Below, one piece after another: positions 1 through 11,707 of a stretch of 36,753 nt of DNA (position 1 is the stretch's first letter; the number at the start of each line of letters is the position of its first letter). Made by a program: the position numbers and the translations under genes. The notes beneath the pieces are model-generated. The model was not told the origin of the DNA, did not search any database, and worked only from the letters and a program-made list of their open reading frames with translations. Source of the DNA: Octopus sinensis (taxonomy: Eukaryota); contig NW_021836844.1 of NCBI RefSeq assembly GCF_006345805.1, forward strand, positions 1 to 36,753, written 5' to 3'.

Positions 1-164
1 TCCGAAAGGTAGAAACAGCACCGTACTGGTAAACTTATTTTTATTGTTTTTTAACGAGTAAATATATATTTTTTTATTATAAATGCAAAACAACAGCACG
101 GAAGAATCGACGTAAATAATATAAAACCGCGATAAGTGAACCTGATATGGCGTGGATTATGTGT

Positions 165-168
165 GTAT

Positions 169-263
<95 letters not shown>
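165..263. repeat. (TA)n microsatellite
   Basis: Direct reading: long TATATA tract with a few interruptions. Confidence 0.95.
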
Positions 264-410
264 GTGAGAATTTACAAAACAATGAAGCGAAAACGGGTGT
301 TGTAAACAACAAACAGATATATTAGTGTTTAACGCTCGGAAAGTGAGAAGGTCTTTTACATTTCGAGCCTACGCTCTTCGACAGAAGGAGCACAAAAATA
401 AACAGAGAGA
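264..410 (-). mobile_element. Short Penelope-related non-autonomous repeat with a degenerate hammerhead-like motif
   Basis: Minus strand 388-353 reads CCTT-CTGTCGA-A-GAGC-GTAG-GCTC-GAAA-TGTA-AAAG: a perfect 4-bp stem II between a CUGANGA-like core (A6 is U) and GAAA. It lies between two (TA)n tracts. Boundaries approximate. Confidence 0.4.
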
Positions 411-431
411 GGATGTATGTATGTATGTATG

Positions 432-518
<87 letters not shown>

Positions 519-527
519 TAGAATTAA

Positions 528-630
528 GGGCTAAAGAAGGTTATTCTATAGCCAATACAATTTTCCAGTAACAAGTGGATTATAAGTGGATAAATCAGTG
601 TATTGGCTATAAAATAACCTTCTTTAGCCC
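528..630. mobile_element. 103-bp MITE-like element with 32-bp TIRs and TTAA flanks
   Basis: 528-559 (GGGCTAAAGAAGGTTATTCTATAGCCAATACA) is the reverse complement of 599-630 with 1 mismatch. TTAA at 524-527 and 631-634. Confidence 0.6.
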
Positions 631-749
631 TTAATTATAAGATGTTTATACTTCAACTGTAATGGGTTTTTTAATATACTGCCACGCTTTTTGATGGAAT
701 CCTTTTCTGTAGAGAAAGGGACTTCATCCTATATTGTTAGTAGTAGTAG

Positions 750-780
<31 letters not shown>

Positions 781-1366
781 TTATACATGTAAGAATTTAG
801 GTAGGTGAATTGAATTTATAATTGTTCAATGTCTTGTTTTTTTATTTATTATATATAATATGCACATATATATGTGTGTGTAGAGAGAGAGAAAGAGAGA
901 GAGGGAGAGAATGAGAGATATATACATGTATACATGTATACATATATGCATACATTCATATATATGTGTATGTATATGTGTGGTACGTATGTTGTGGTAT
1001 ACGTAGATATGATTGTCTCAAGCAAGCACATTTTTGATGTGTCATTTCCTAAGACAGTTCCATATAATTTGTGTTTGGTTGCTATTTCTATCATCTCGAA
1101 TGAACGACGTAATTCGTTTTGATATATCTTTGATGTTAATATTGCAAGCAAATAGTTTAAATGTTTGCATCAATCATAATGTCAATGCAAACTCTTCCTC
1201 CTATATTCTTGTTAATAGGATCTCAATATTTACATCGTTTTTGGTTCTGCATTACGTATATATATATATGCCGGAGTAAGCACATAAATGTGAAACAAGG
1301 TGGAAAAAAGAGTACTCAAATACCAGAGGTAGAGTAATATTATTTATTTAAAAGCAGCAGAAATAT

Positions 1367-1419
1367 AACAAAAACTGTTACTCGGAGTTTCACGTTCCCG
1401 TTCGTCGGACAGTTTTGTT
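1367..1419 (-). ncRNA. Minimal type I hammerhead ribozyme, core variant CCGACGA
   Basis: Minus strand: AACAAAACUGU-CCGACGA-ACG(GGAA)CGU-GAAA-CUCCGAG-UA-ACAGUUUUUGUU. Stem I ACUGU/ACAGU extends to ~11 bp with one bulge; predicted GUA cleavage after 1379. U4 is replaced by C. Confidence 0.6.
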
Positions 1420-1924
1420 AAAATAGAACCAAAAATCAAATTGATCAAAACTAGCTAAAAGCTATATATATATATATATATATATTCATTATATATATAT
1501 ATTATATATATATATGAGTGTGTGTGGTGTTGTGTGTGTGTTTTGTGTACATCATTTGGTGCACAGAGTATAAAAATACTAGATTCTAATAGTTTCTTCC
1601 TATGGAGACACGTATCGTGATAGGTTTTTACAACATGTGTTGTCTCTAAGCAATACTCAGAATCTGTGCACGTGGTTTCTCTCTCCCCCTTTTCAGCAAG
1701 ATAATTATAGAACACAGAGGGTGGGGGAAAGGATTGATGTTTATATCGACACCAGTATCTGACTGGTATTGCATGACATCGATGCATGGAAAGACGAAAG
1801 GTAATTCAAAATTTTAAAATATAGCATCGAGGTGAGAGTTTGTCCGCAAATCTAACGACTACCGATTCCAGGTTATACCAAAATTTAATCACGCAATGGT
1901 GAAAAGGAACAGAAAGTGGTGACA

Positions 1925-2745
1925 CCTTCAACAGTATTGCTGTTGCTGGTGCTGTTATTGTTGTTGTTGTTATTTTTGTTGTTGTTGTACTTGTTGTTGT
2001 TGCTGTTGTTATTTTTGTTGATGATGATGATGATGAATGATGATTTCGATGATGATGATGATGAGGAGGAGAATGAGGATGATGATGATGGTTGATGATG
2101 ATGATTAGGATTGATGATGATGATGATTGATGATGGTTGATGATGATGATGATTGATGATGATGTCGAAGATGAGGATGAGGATGATGATGATGATGATG
2201 ATGATGATGTCGATGTCGATAATGATGATGATGATGATGATGTTGATGATGCTGCCGCCGCCTCCGACGACGACAACGATGATGATGATAAGGAGGAAGA
2301 TTCTGCTGACGACTAGGTCGATGATGATGAAGATGGAGATGACGATGAAGGGGACAGGATAAAAAGGCGAAGGATCGCGATGATGATGACGGCGAAAACG
2401 ATGTTAATGATGACGATATCGTCAACAAAGTTGGTGATGATTATGTGATGATGGTGATGATGATGATGATGACAATGATGATGATGATAAAAGGGTGGAT
2501 GAGGAGCAGGGGGAGTAGCAGAATGGCGCTGATGAGGATTACGTCGATGATGATCATTATAATGTCGATGCACAATACAAAGGTAATGATGATGATAATG
2601 ATTATAATGATGATGATGACGATAATGGTGGTAATGATGATATTGATGATGACTGCAATGGTGGTGTTGAAGCTGATGAAGCTGACAAACATGATGATGA
2701 TGACGACGATGATGATGATGATGATGATGATGACAATAATGATTG
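1925..2745. repeat. Long imperfect (GTT)n/(GAT)n trinucleotide microsatellite region
   Basis: Direct reading; it generates the poly-Ser/His/Met/Ile ORFs in the track. Confidence 0.92.
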
Positions 2746-3265
2746 CATGGGTAGGTGCATATAATGGCCTTCTCCGTGTCGTAGGTTACCTAATCTCCCT
2801 GACACTCAGGAAACCCAGAGGCTTCAATCATGAACATGGATTTTTAGATTTTATTTCTTAATATCTTTCCTCCCTGAAGCCTGATCCTCAGGACACATTA
2901 TCCAATGAATCTTGGAGTGATTTTTATGAGAGATTCACCTGCTATTTCGACCGTACAATGATCGTGAGCGCTGCTAGGTTTTGATTTCTCTTCGCCTATC
3001 TTCTCCGATATGTATAAAGAGAAACTACAAGCTAACCTCTTAGATTTCAGTTTTCCACGAGTTTATCGATCAAATCCTTTGTAATCCTATTCTTTTCGCA
3101 CCTTCATTGCGAAACATTAAGGATGACCAGGAAAAAGGCGTAGAAAGGGGGAAGGCTTTGAAACCATTATCACAACGGCCTTCACCCTTTTCTTTTTTGT
3201 GGCTATATAGACACATACACACAGACATGCGCAAAGATATAGGTACGATAAACACATATATATAA

Positions 3266-3891
3266 ATGTGTGTGTATGTGTGTGTAATCGTACATATTCA
3301 TATGTCTATATCAATGCAAGTGTTTTATCGTACATGCACACACATATATGTATATATATATATGTATATATATATATATACACAAACACAAACACACACA
3401 TATATATATACTATATATGTATATACATACACACATACACATATATGTGTGTGTGTTTGTGTGTGTATACAGTTGTGCATATATATATATATATACATAT
3501 ATACACAAACACAAAAACACACACGTGTATATATACTATTTATGTATATACATACACTCTTACACATATGTGTGTGTGTGTTTGTGTGTTTGTGTATGTG
3601 CATGTGTGTGTATACAGTTGTGAATATATATATATACATATATACACATACACAAAAACACACACGTGTATATATATACTATATATGTATATACATACAC
3701 ACATACACATGTGTGTTTGTGTGTTTGTGCATGTGCATGTGTGTGTATACAGTTGTGCATATATATATATATATACATATATCTACATACACAAAAACAC
3801 ACACGTCTATGTATACTATATACGTATATACATCCACACATCCACATATGTGTGTTTTTATGTTTGTGTGTGCGTGTGTATACAGGTGTGC

Positions 3892-3925
<34 letters not shown>

Positions 3926-3979
3926 ATACAGGTGTGCATATATATATATGTGTGTGTGTGTGTGTGTATACAGGTGTGC

Positions 3980-4013
<34 letters not shown>

Positions 4014-4025
4014 ATACAGGTGTGC

Positions 4026-4059
<34 letters not shown>

Positions 4060-4071
4060 ATACAGGTGTGC

Positions 4072-4103
<32 letters not shown>

Positions 4104-4115
4104 ATACAGGTGTGC

Positions 4116-4149
<34 letters not shown>

Positions 4150-4161
4150 ATACAGGTGTGC

Positions 4162-4205
<44 letters not shown>
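3266..4205. repeat. Compound (TA)/(CA)/(TG) minisatellite with higher-order units
   Basis: About 8 units of TATACAGGTGTGCA(TA)n(TG)n at ~3880-4205, preceded by ~2.5 longer units sharing TATACAGTTGTGCA and AAAAACACACACGT. Confidence 0.85.
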
Positions 4206-4810
4206 TAACAGTTATTCTTCTCCAACCTCAAATACTACTACTACTACTACTACTACTACTGCAACCAATGCTACAGCTGCTAATACTACTACTCCTATTA
4301 TTACTACTAGTACTACTACTACAACTAGCGCTACCACTGCCATTCCTATTATTATCTCTTCTCCATTCACCAGATAACATTACAGCTTCCACCCGGCTCT
4401 GGCAGTAATCTACATGGAATACGGCTTTCAATATTTCAATAGGGTTACATCACGTTTATCGCATGTGATGTATAAAGAATGGCCGCATGCCGTTGTAGTA
4501 AATGAATGTAACCTCTTCATCCCGGGTTTCTCTTAACGGTTCTTTGCTATCTCTGCAGGGGGCAATCGCTAGCTGAAGTTTCACTTTTTGACAGAATACA
4601 ATCGTAGACATACTAACACAGGAAATGCGTATACAAATACACGTAAGGGTACAAGTGTACATACACCTACAAATACAATCCGACACTCATAAACATCATC
4701 GGAGATACATATACATATATATATATATATATATACACTTATATACACACACATACATGTATATAATTATGCATGTATATATATGATATACGTATATAAA
4801 CATACATATA

Positions 4811-4857
<47 letters not shown>

Positions 4858-5001
4858 ATCTATGTATTAATATGTGTATTTGCATGTATATATTATGCGT
4901 GCATGTATGTATGTATATATGTATATACATAATCTTCATTATATTCACAAACGAATAGGGATCTGAAATCCACGCAGATGCCTTACGAGCACTATGAGAA
5001 T

Positions 5002-5084
<83 letters not shown>

Positions 5085-5122
5085 TTATATTATATTATAG
5101 TAGATATGTACATATTTATATC

Positions 5123-5160
<38 letters not shown>

Positions 5161-6390
5161 AATATGTACATATCTACTATAATATAATATAAATATATAT
5201 ATATATATATGTATATACGTAAATATATATCTATATGATTTTTTATGTATATATACATATGACATATATATATAATACTATATAATTTAGCATCATATAC
5301 ATTTTCATCTATCTATTCATATATGCGCTTATATATGTATGTATATAGGTACCCACACACGCATATACACATATACATCTGCGCAGGTATGTATGTATGG
5401 ATGGCTATGTATATACCATACATTTGAATAGAAATCCCCATTTATTGGATTACGTATATGAATACATCGATGTGTATCTTATATTGTTGCGTTTTCCTTC
5501 TTGCATGTTTTATACGCATGTGTACGTGTGTATACGGACGATGTTCTTTGTGGGGTTTGCGATGAAATCCACACATGAACTCGCTTACAAAATCTTTTAA
5601 CCCAGTAGTTTATCACCAAATAAAGTTGCTTTCCCTTCCTGGCTTTTCTACTCTTACTTTCCTCTTTTTCTTTTCTCTCTCTCTCACTTTTCTTTTTTGT
5701 TGTTGTTTTGGTTTTTGATTTCCGTTTCGATTCATATCAACACTGCCGTTCAAATATCCGAACATTGCTTATCGAAAATTTGAACGGCTATATTGTTCAT
5801 TAACAAAAATGTGTTGGAGATAATAAGGATTTGTGGAGAATCAAAACTCGATATTTAATGGAGAAACATGAATTGTATCGCTGTTATCAATATGAGCGCC
5901 TTTCGATTTTGCTGAGTGTGGTTAAATTATTAGGACACCCCTACAACAAAATTTGAACTGTTAAACGAACATTTGCCCGAAATGTTGAATATAAATCGTC
6001 TACTCAATGAACAAAATGTCCAAAACTACTAAACTGCGTACACCATCATACCATCATGCCATCCTACTATCTATTACCATGAAGAGAAATATCTTGTGTA
6101 ACCAACTTCCTTCAAATAAAATGTCCCCAATATATGCTTAGTATAAATCCTGTGCAATTCAAAGATTTTGCTAGAGCCACTGACCAAGGCGTCAAAACGT
6201 AAAATTACAAATTACAAATATAAACCAACGGATTTTTTTACCAATTCCACTAATTCTAAACTGGAGTGTGTCTATACTAAATTTTATGTATTAATTTTAG
6301 ACATCTTTAAAAGCTACATACATACATACCTGTCTACAGAATTCATTTGCAAATGATTTGCTGACCAAGTCTGTTGTTGATATACGCCCT

Positions 6391-6712
6391 GAGACCCCCT
6401 TCGGTCACGACACTGACCATGAGATTGCACCTAGAAAGTTACCCTCCCAGGCACAAGTCCGGGCAAGGTTGTTTATGGAAGACCAGCAGTCGCCCATGCA
6501 TACCAGCCTCCCCACTCTACACCACCAGTGTTATCCAAAGGAAAGGCAAAGGGGCCGATACAGCTTGTCACCTGTGACACTGCAACTCATTTCTACAGCT
6601 GAGTGAACTGGAGCAACGTGAAATAAAGTGTCTTGCTCAAGAACACAACACGCACCCCGGTCCAGGATTCAAACTCACAACCTCACGATTGTAAGCTCGC
6701 CACTCTAACTTT
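6391..6712 (-). mobile_element. tRNA-derived SINE, 5' head truncated, with a CORE-like segment
   Basis: Minus strand has a B-box-like GAGTTTGAATCC, then TTGAGCAAGACACTTTA...CAGCTGTAGAAATGAG, resembling the CORE domain (TTGGGCAAGTCACTTAA...CTGTAAAATG). Family assignment is from memory. Confidence 0.65.
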
Positions 6713-6879
6713 CTGAGACATGTAAAAGCACCCATTACACTCTTGGAGTGGTTGGCATTAGGAAGGGCATCCAGCTGTAGAAAACCATGCCAAATCCGAC
6801 TGGTGCAGCCTTCCACCATGGCCAGCCCGGTCAAACCGTCCAACCCATGCCAGCATGGACGACAGACGTTAAATGATGA
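6713..6879 (+). mobile_element. 5'-truncated SINE/LINE-like 3' end with (TGA)n tail
   Basis: Contains GGTTGGCATTAGGAAGGGCATCCAGCTGTAGAAA and ends GACGTTAAATGATGATGAT. It matches the reverse complement of 11068-11240. Confidence 0.65.
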
Positions 6880-7249
6880 TGATATACGCCCTAATTACCG
6901 CACAATAGGACTGCTCCCAATGACCATGTGGTCGCAAAGCGTGCCGTTTATAACAACATAGCCCTGCCTATGATCTACATTGTATGTTATTCAGAATGTG
7001 TTCCTTTCCATTTATAATCAACTGCATGCATACAGTTACTTGATGGATGGGGTTTCGTGATTTTTCATATTCAACTCTACAATGACTTAAAATTACACAT
7101 ACATCTTGTCTTGCACATATGCACACATGGGTATACACATGGCTATCGGCGTTTCACCAGGCTCTTGTAATACATGGCTGATACACATATCACGTATGCA
7201 TACACTGAATATCTGCGGGCGGAAGGTAGCCGACTTTATCCACCGCGCT

Positions 7250-7391
7250 GCTTAACTGGTTCTCATTTCATCGACCCCGAAAGAATGAAAGGCAAAATCG
7301 ACCTCCGTCAAATTTGAACTCAGAATATAAAGACAGACGAAATACCAGTTGATACTTTGTCATGAGCGGTAAGGATTCTCCTAGCTCGCCT
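7250..7391 (-). mobile_element. Diverged copy of SINE family B
   Basis: TCGACCCCGAAAGAATGAAAGGCAAAATCGACC...TTTGAACTCAGAA matches the copies at 13470, 18363 and 35191. Confidence 0.65.
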
Positions 7392-8100
7392 TGGGAAGCG
7401 CAATAACAACATCATTCCTCAAGGCGATTGTTAGCAATGTCAAGTGAACTTTCTAATAAAGCCGTATGTTTTACTGTGTATAATTTAATTAAAACTCCCA
7501 AATATTTATATAACGTTAATTTCTATGACAGTGACATGACATAGCGACAAAGCCTTAACGAGGCACAATTACTTCTGTAATATTACATGGCAATTTCGGA
7601 AAATTTATTAGTTTTGGCCCTATCTATAATATCCCTAATACACTGCTCTGTTTTAAATCATCCCATGGCTAGTGGGGACTCCGGAAATGAATGTTTGTGA
7701 TGCAGAAAACAACAGCCAAATGTCATTCAAATCACATACCCCTCTTTTAGGAAATGTGTGTCGAATAAGGCCTTCCTTGTGTCTTTTCACACAGGAAGTA
7801 GAAGGATTTATCGGCATTCTTTCGATATTAGTCCCATTTACATCACGTGTATTTGCTTACATTTGACGAAAAAGATCGTCACTTTCCGTAAAATTTTAAT
7901 TTTTTTATACATGTGGGCTTAGGGGTGGGGGAAGGGTATCTTTTTTCTTCAGAAATGTAAATAAACCCACGTCGGTTTATAAGTGGCAGTTATGTTACTA
8001 GTACCGAATGGTCGCCGAGGAACATAAACAACAGCAACACCATTATGGAATGTCATCCTTCGCCATCGAGCCCAGCAATTTCAGTGGCGGTGGCGTAAGT

Positions 8101-8213
8101 AGATTACATCGAGCCCAGTATTTAACTAGTACTCAGTTGAGCGACCCCGGAAGGATAAAAGGCAAAGTCGACCTCGGCAGAATTTGAATTCAGAATGTGA
8201 AGACAGACGAAAT
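8101..8213 (-). mobile_element. Fragment of SINE family B
   Basis: GACCCCGGAAGGATAAAAGGCAAAGTCGACCTCGGCAGAATTTGAATTCAGAA matches family B. Confidence 0.65.
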
Positions 8214-8289
8214 GGATTGATTTCATATTGGTTTGAAATCTTGGCGCGAGGACAGGAAGTCCGGTTGAGTGGGGCTTAGTCGATTATAT

Positions 8290-8835
8290 TGGCTATACTC
8301 ACGTCTGGTACTTAGTTCATCGACCCCGAAATGAAAGGTAAAGTGGACCTCGGCGAAATTTGAACTTAGAATGTGGGGACGGGAAGCACTCCGTCGGTTA
8401 CGACGACGAGGGTTCCGGTTGATCCGATCAACGGAACAGCCTGCTCGTGAAATTAACGTGTAAGTGGCTGAGCACTCCACAGACACGTGTACCCTTAACG
8501 TAGTTCTCGGGGATATTCAGCGTGACACAGAGAGTGACAAGGCCAGCCCTTTGAAATACAGGTACAACAGAAACAGGAAGTAAGAGTGAGAGAAAGTTGT
8601 GGTGAAAGAGTACAGCAGGGATCACCACCATCCCCTGCCGGAGCCTCGTGGAGCTTTTAGGTGTTTTCGCTCAATAAACACTCACAACACCCGGTCTGGG
8701 AATCGAAACCGCGATCCTACGACCGCGAGTCCGCTGCCCTGACCACTGGGCCATTGCGCCTCCACACTTAGAATGTGAAGGCGAACGAAATGACGCTTAG
8801 CGCTTTGTCCGGCATTCTAACGATTCTGCCAGCTC
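8290..8835 (-). mobile_element. SINE family B copy split by a nested SINE
   Basis: B sequence at ~8290-8375 resumes at 8766-8835. ACTTAGAATGTG is duplicated at 8364-8375 and 8766-8777. Confidence 0.6.
8387..8765 (-). mobile_element. Full-length tRNA-derived SINE (family C, tRNA-Arg-like head)
   Basis: Minus strand starts GGCGCAATGGCCCAGTGGTCAGGGCAGCGGACTCGCGGTCGTAGGATCGCGGTTTCGATTCCC (A box and B box), followed by ~300 nt of non-tRNA body shared in part with 16660-16903 and 30962-31267. Confidence 0.8.
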
Positions 8836-9342
8836 CTTGATGTTTTAATATTATTATGAGGGTGAAACGATAAGACACAAAGATAAGTTTGGCTAGATTC
8901 GAACTCACAACTGCAAGAAATACAAAGTCTGCTACCGATAATTCGACGTTACTACCAACCACCGTCTTCGTCTTTTAACAGAACATATAATATTCATTGA
9001 TCTACAAGTAGTCTGCAACAGACTGATAAATGGTTATGTATCTATATGTAGAACTAACGTATTCTAATCACGTATCCGTATCGACCGATAAAATATCTAA
9101 CGTTAAGCCTCTAAGATAACAGTGGATTTTATGTAATCTCGCCCAAATTTGAGCCGCTTCTGAAATGCCAGGTCACTGTTGCTGTTGTTGGCCAGACGTA
9201 TGGTGAAAGACATTCTAGCCGTGACCATCCCATCTTTGTTATTTTTACATATACCTTCATACGACGACATCAAATGTTCCATCCTTTTACAGAATCCACC
9301 TTTAAAAATGAAATGTCATACAGGGTATTGCAATTATTTATA

Positions 9343-9379
<37 letters not shown>

Positions 9380-9796
9380 TTCTATATATAAAACTGAATT
9401 GCGTTTTTACCGCTTGGTTCGCTTTCAATGCCACTACATCCCGTCCGATTCGCTCCAAAATTTACAGGGACATGTAGAATGAGGTGACGATGCGCGTCGG
9501 CTACCTTAGAAATCCCTATCTTAAAAGGTGTGGTTGCTAGGGGCCATCTTCCTACCTCACCCTATTTCCTCCAGTACTCTGTCACTCCTCTTCATTTGAC
9601 AATGCAACTACCGTTATTTAATGTAAAGTCTTCCTCAAATCACTCTGTAGCTATTTACTCTCTTCCAAGAACATTTTCACTCACTCTATCTCTTACCTTC
9701 CTATACATTTTACTCATGTATCTCTCAGCGTTCATGGACAGTAACAAATATTACTCGCCATCCCCATCGCCATCGCATTCTATTGTCTACCTGTCA

Positions 9797-9834
<38 letters not shown>

Positions 9835-10223
9835 TATTCATATATCTAATATTATATTTTTATTTTTATGTTTTTGTTTTTGGTTTTTTACTGTTTCATT
9901 TCCCTATTAGTGGTTTTATCTCTAATTTAATTTCTACAGCGTGCACACACACACACACACACCACACACACACCTATATGTAGCCCCAGTACACCCGAAT
10001 GAAATCGGGTTCTCTTCATCAAAATGTGAAAAGGGGTCTACAATTATCATCGCCACAACTTATGTATGTCTTCCTCACTCACTCACTCTTTTTCCTAATG
10101 ATAATTATCATCGCCACCACCAACACCACCAACACACAATCTGGACAATCTTTCTCTTATAACAAATCATGTTTACATTGCAACGACGTCTGCCACCTCC
10201 GCCGTCTCTATTTATTCTGCAAA

Positions 10224-10375
10224 TGACCAGAACTCGGGAAACTTAGTTTAGTGTTCTATGGTCTATGACCAGAACTCGGGAAACTTGGTTGAGTGTTCTA
10301 TGGTCTATGACCAGAACTCGGGAAACTTGGTTGAGTGTTCTATGGTCTATGACCAGAACTTGGGAAACTTGGTTG
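10224..10375. repeat. 42-bp minisatellite, ~3.6 units
   Basis: Unit TGACCAGAACTCGGGAAACTTGGTTGAGTGTTCTATGGTCTA starts at 10224, 10266, 10308 and 10350. Confidence 0.92.
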
Positions 10376-11067
10376 TGTCCTCATCTTATAAAATGTGGCC
10401 CCAGTAGACCCAAATTAAATCGGGTTATATTAACCAAAAGGTGAAAAGGGGTATAAATGGGGCTGGAAGGGGATTAAAATTTAAAGGAGCGGGTGTTTAG
10501 CAATTCTCTGTTACATCAAGCTAAAAAATTTGCTCCAGCCTTTTAATCGTCAATGTGTTGCCGTCCATGATGAAGAAGTTTTGAATGCTTGCCATCGTGA
10601 GTCTACTGTCGTGAGAAATAATCAAGTCAAAACTTGGTTTTTAGGGATTTTCTTTTACATCAAGTTCAAACTTTTACGCCAGCCGTTGAACTGCCAATAC
10701 GTTGCTGTCCGTCGTTAAGAAATGCCAGCCATGGTGACTCTACTATCCTCAAATTCTATCCCTTCAAATTTTGGTTTCCAATATTTTATTATTTTTATTC
10801 AGCTCGCAAGTTCGTCTGTCCCTTTTAAATGTTAGTGTTTTGCTGTCTGTCTTGAAGCAGACCTTTCCTTTGTAACTGCCTGATATTTATGATTGATCTT
10901 TCTAAATATTTTATTTCTCAACTTACTCAAGATCTTTTGTTGTTTATAAATGGGAGAGAGATACATAAAGATAGAGAGTAAGAGAAAGCGAGGGAGAGTC
11001 CGAGACAAAGGAAGAGTAAGAGAGTGGGAAAGTGAGAGAGAAAGGAGAAAGAAACAAAGAGGGAGAA

Positions 11068-11385
11068 TCATCATCATCATCATCATCATCATCGTTTAAC
11101 GTGCGTTTTCCGTGCTAGCACGGGTTGGACAGTTTGACAGGGGTCTGGGAAGCCAGGAGGCTGCACCAGGCTCCAGTCTGATCTGGCAGTGTTTCGACAG
11201 GTGGATGCCCTTCCTAACGCCAACCACTCTGTGAGCGTAGTGGATGCTTTTTTCGTGCCGCCTGCACAGGTGCCAGGGGGGCTGGCAGCGGCCACGATCG
11301 GTTGGTGCTTTTTACGTGCCACCAGCACAGAAGCCAGTCAAGGCGGCGCTGCAATCCGCCACGTTCGGATGGTGCTTTTTACGTG
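11068..11385 (-). mobile_element. SINE-like element with (TGA)n tail and internal short tandem duplications
   Basis: (CAT)n at 11068-11092, then GGATGCCCTTCCTAACGCCAACCAC. Repeated GGTGCTTTTTACGTGCC blocks. Same family as 6713-6879. Confidence 0.7.
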
Positions 11386-11512
11386 CTGAAAGGAAGCAAC
11401 AGAAAGTAACAACCACACTCTTACCCGCGCGTAGAGCGGGTCACCTTCAGCTAGTATATATATAAAGTTAATACAAACAAGAAAACAACAAGACAACAAC
11501 GCAAGGATGTGG

Positions 11513-11548
<36 letters not shown>

Positions 11549-11707
11549 CGAAAAGTTGAGGTTATAAGAGATAATGGTGTCATTGAGACCCAAAGGTGTC
11601 AGATAATGCTGAATAAGTGTTATAGACAGACCATAGTTAAGTTCCAGATTCGGTAATATTGCGAATAAGGGGTTCAACATTGGTCCTATGTCAGCGTGTG
11701 TATATAA

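Noticed and set aside
1-30. TCCGAAAGGTAGAAACAGCACCGTA resembles the 3' half of a hammerhead (stem II, GAAAC, GUA)
   Set aside because: The core would lie before the window start and the stem is imperfect; it cannot be evaluated.
322-5600. Many ORFs rich in YI, CV, HT, poly-Ser, poly-His and poly-Met, including 369-380 aa ORFs at 3266-4408
   Set aside because: They are translations of di- and trinucleotide repeats that lack stops by construction, open in several frames and on both strands.
8700-8765. tRNA-like heads (also 11853-11920, 30970-31030, 33835-33900) as tRNA genes
   Set aside because: They lack a complete acceptor stem and run into shared SINE bodies; they are SINE promoters.
10224-10375. 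42-bp hairpin-forming repeats as a CRISPR array
   Set aside because: Units are contiguous with no unique spacers, there are no cas genes, and the context is eukaryotic.
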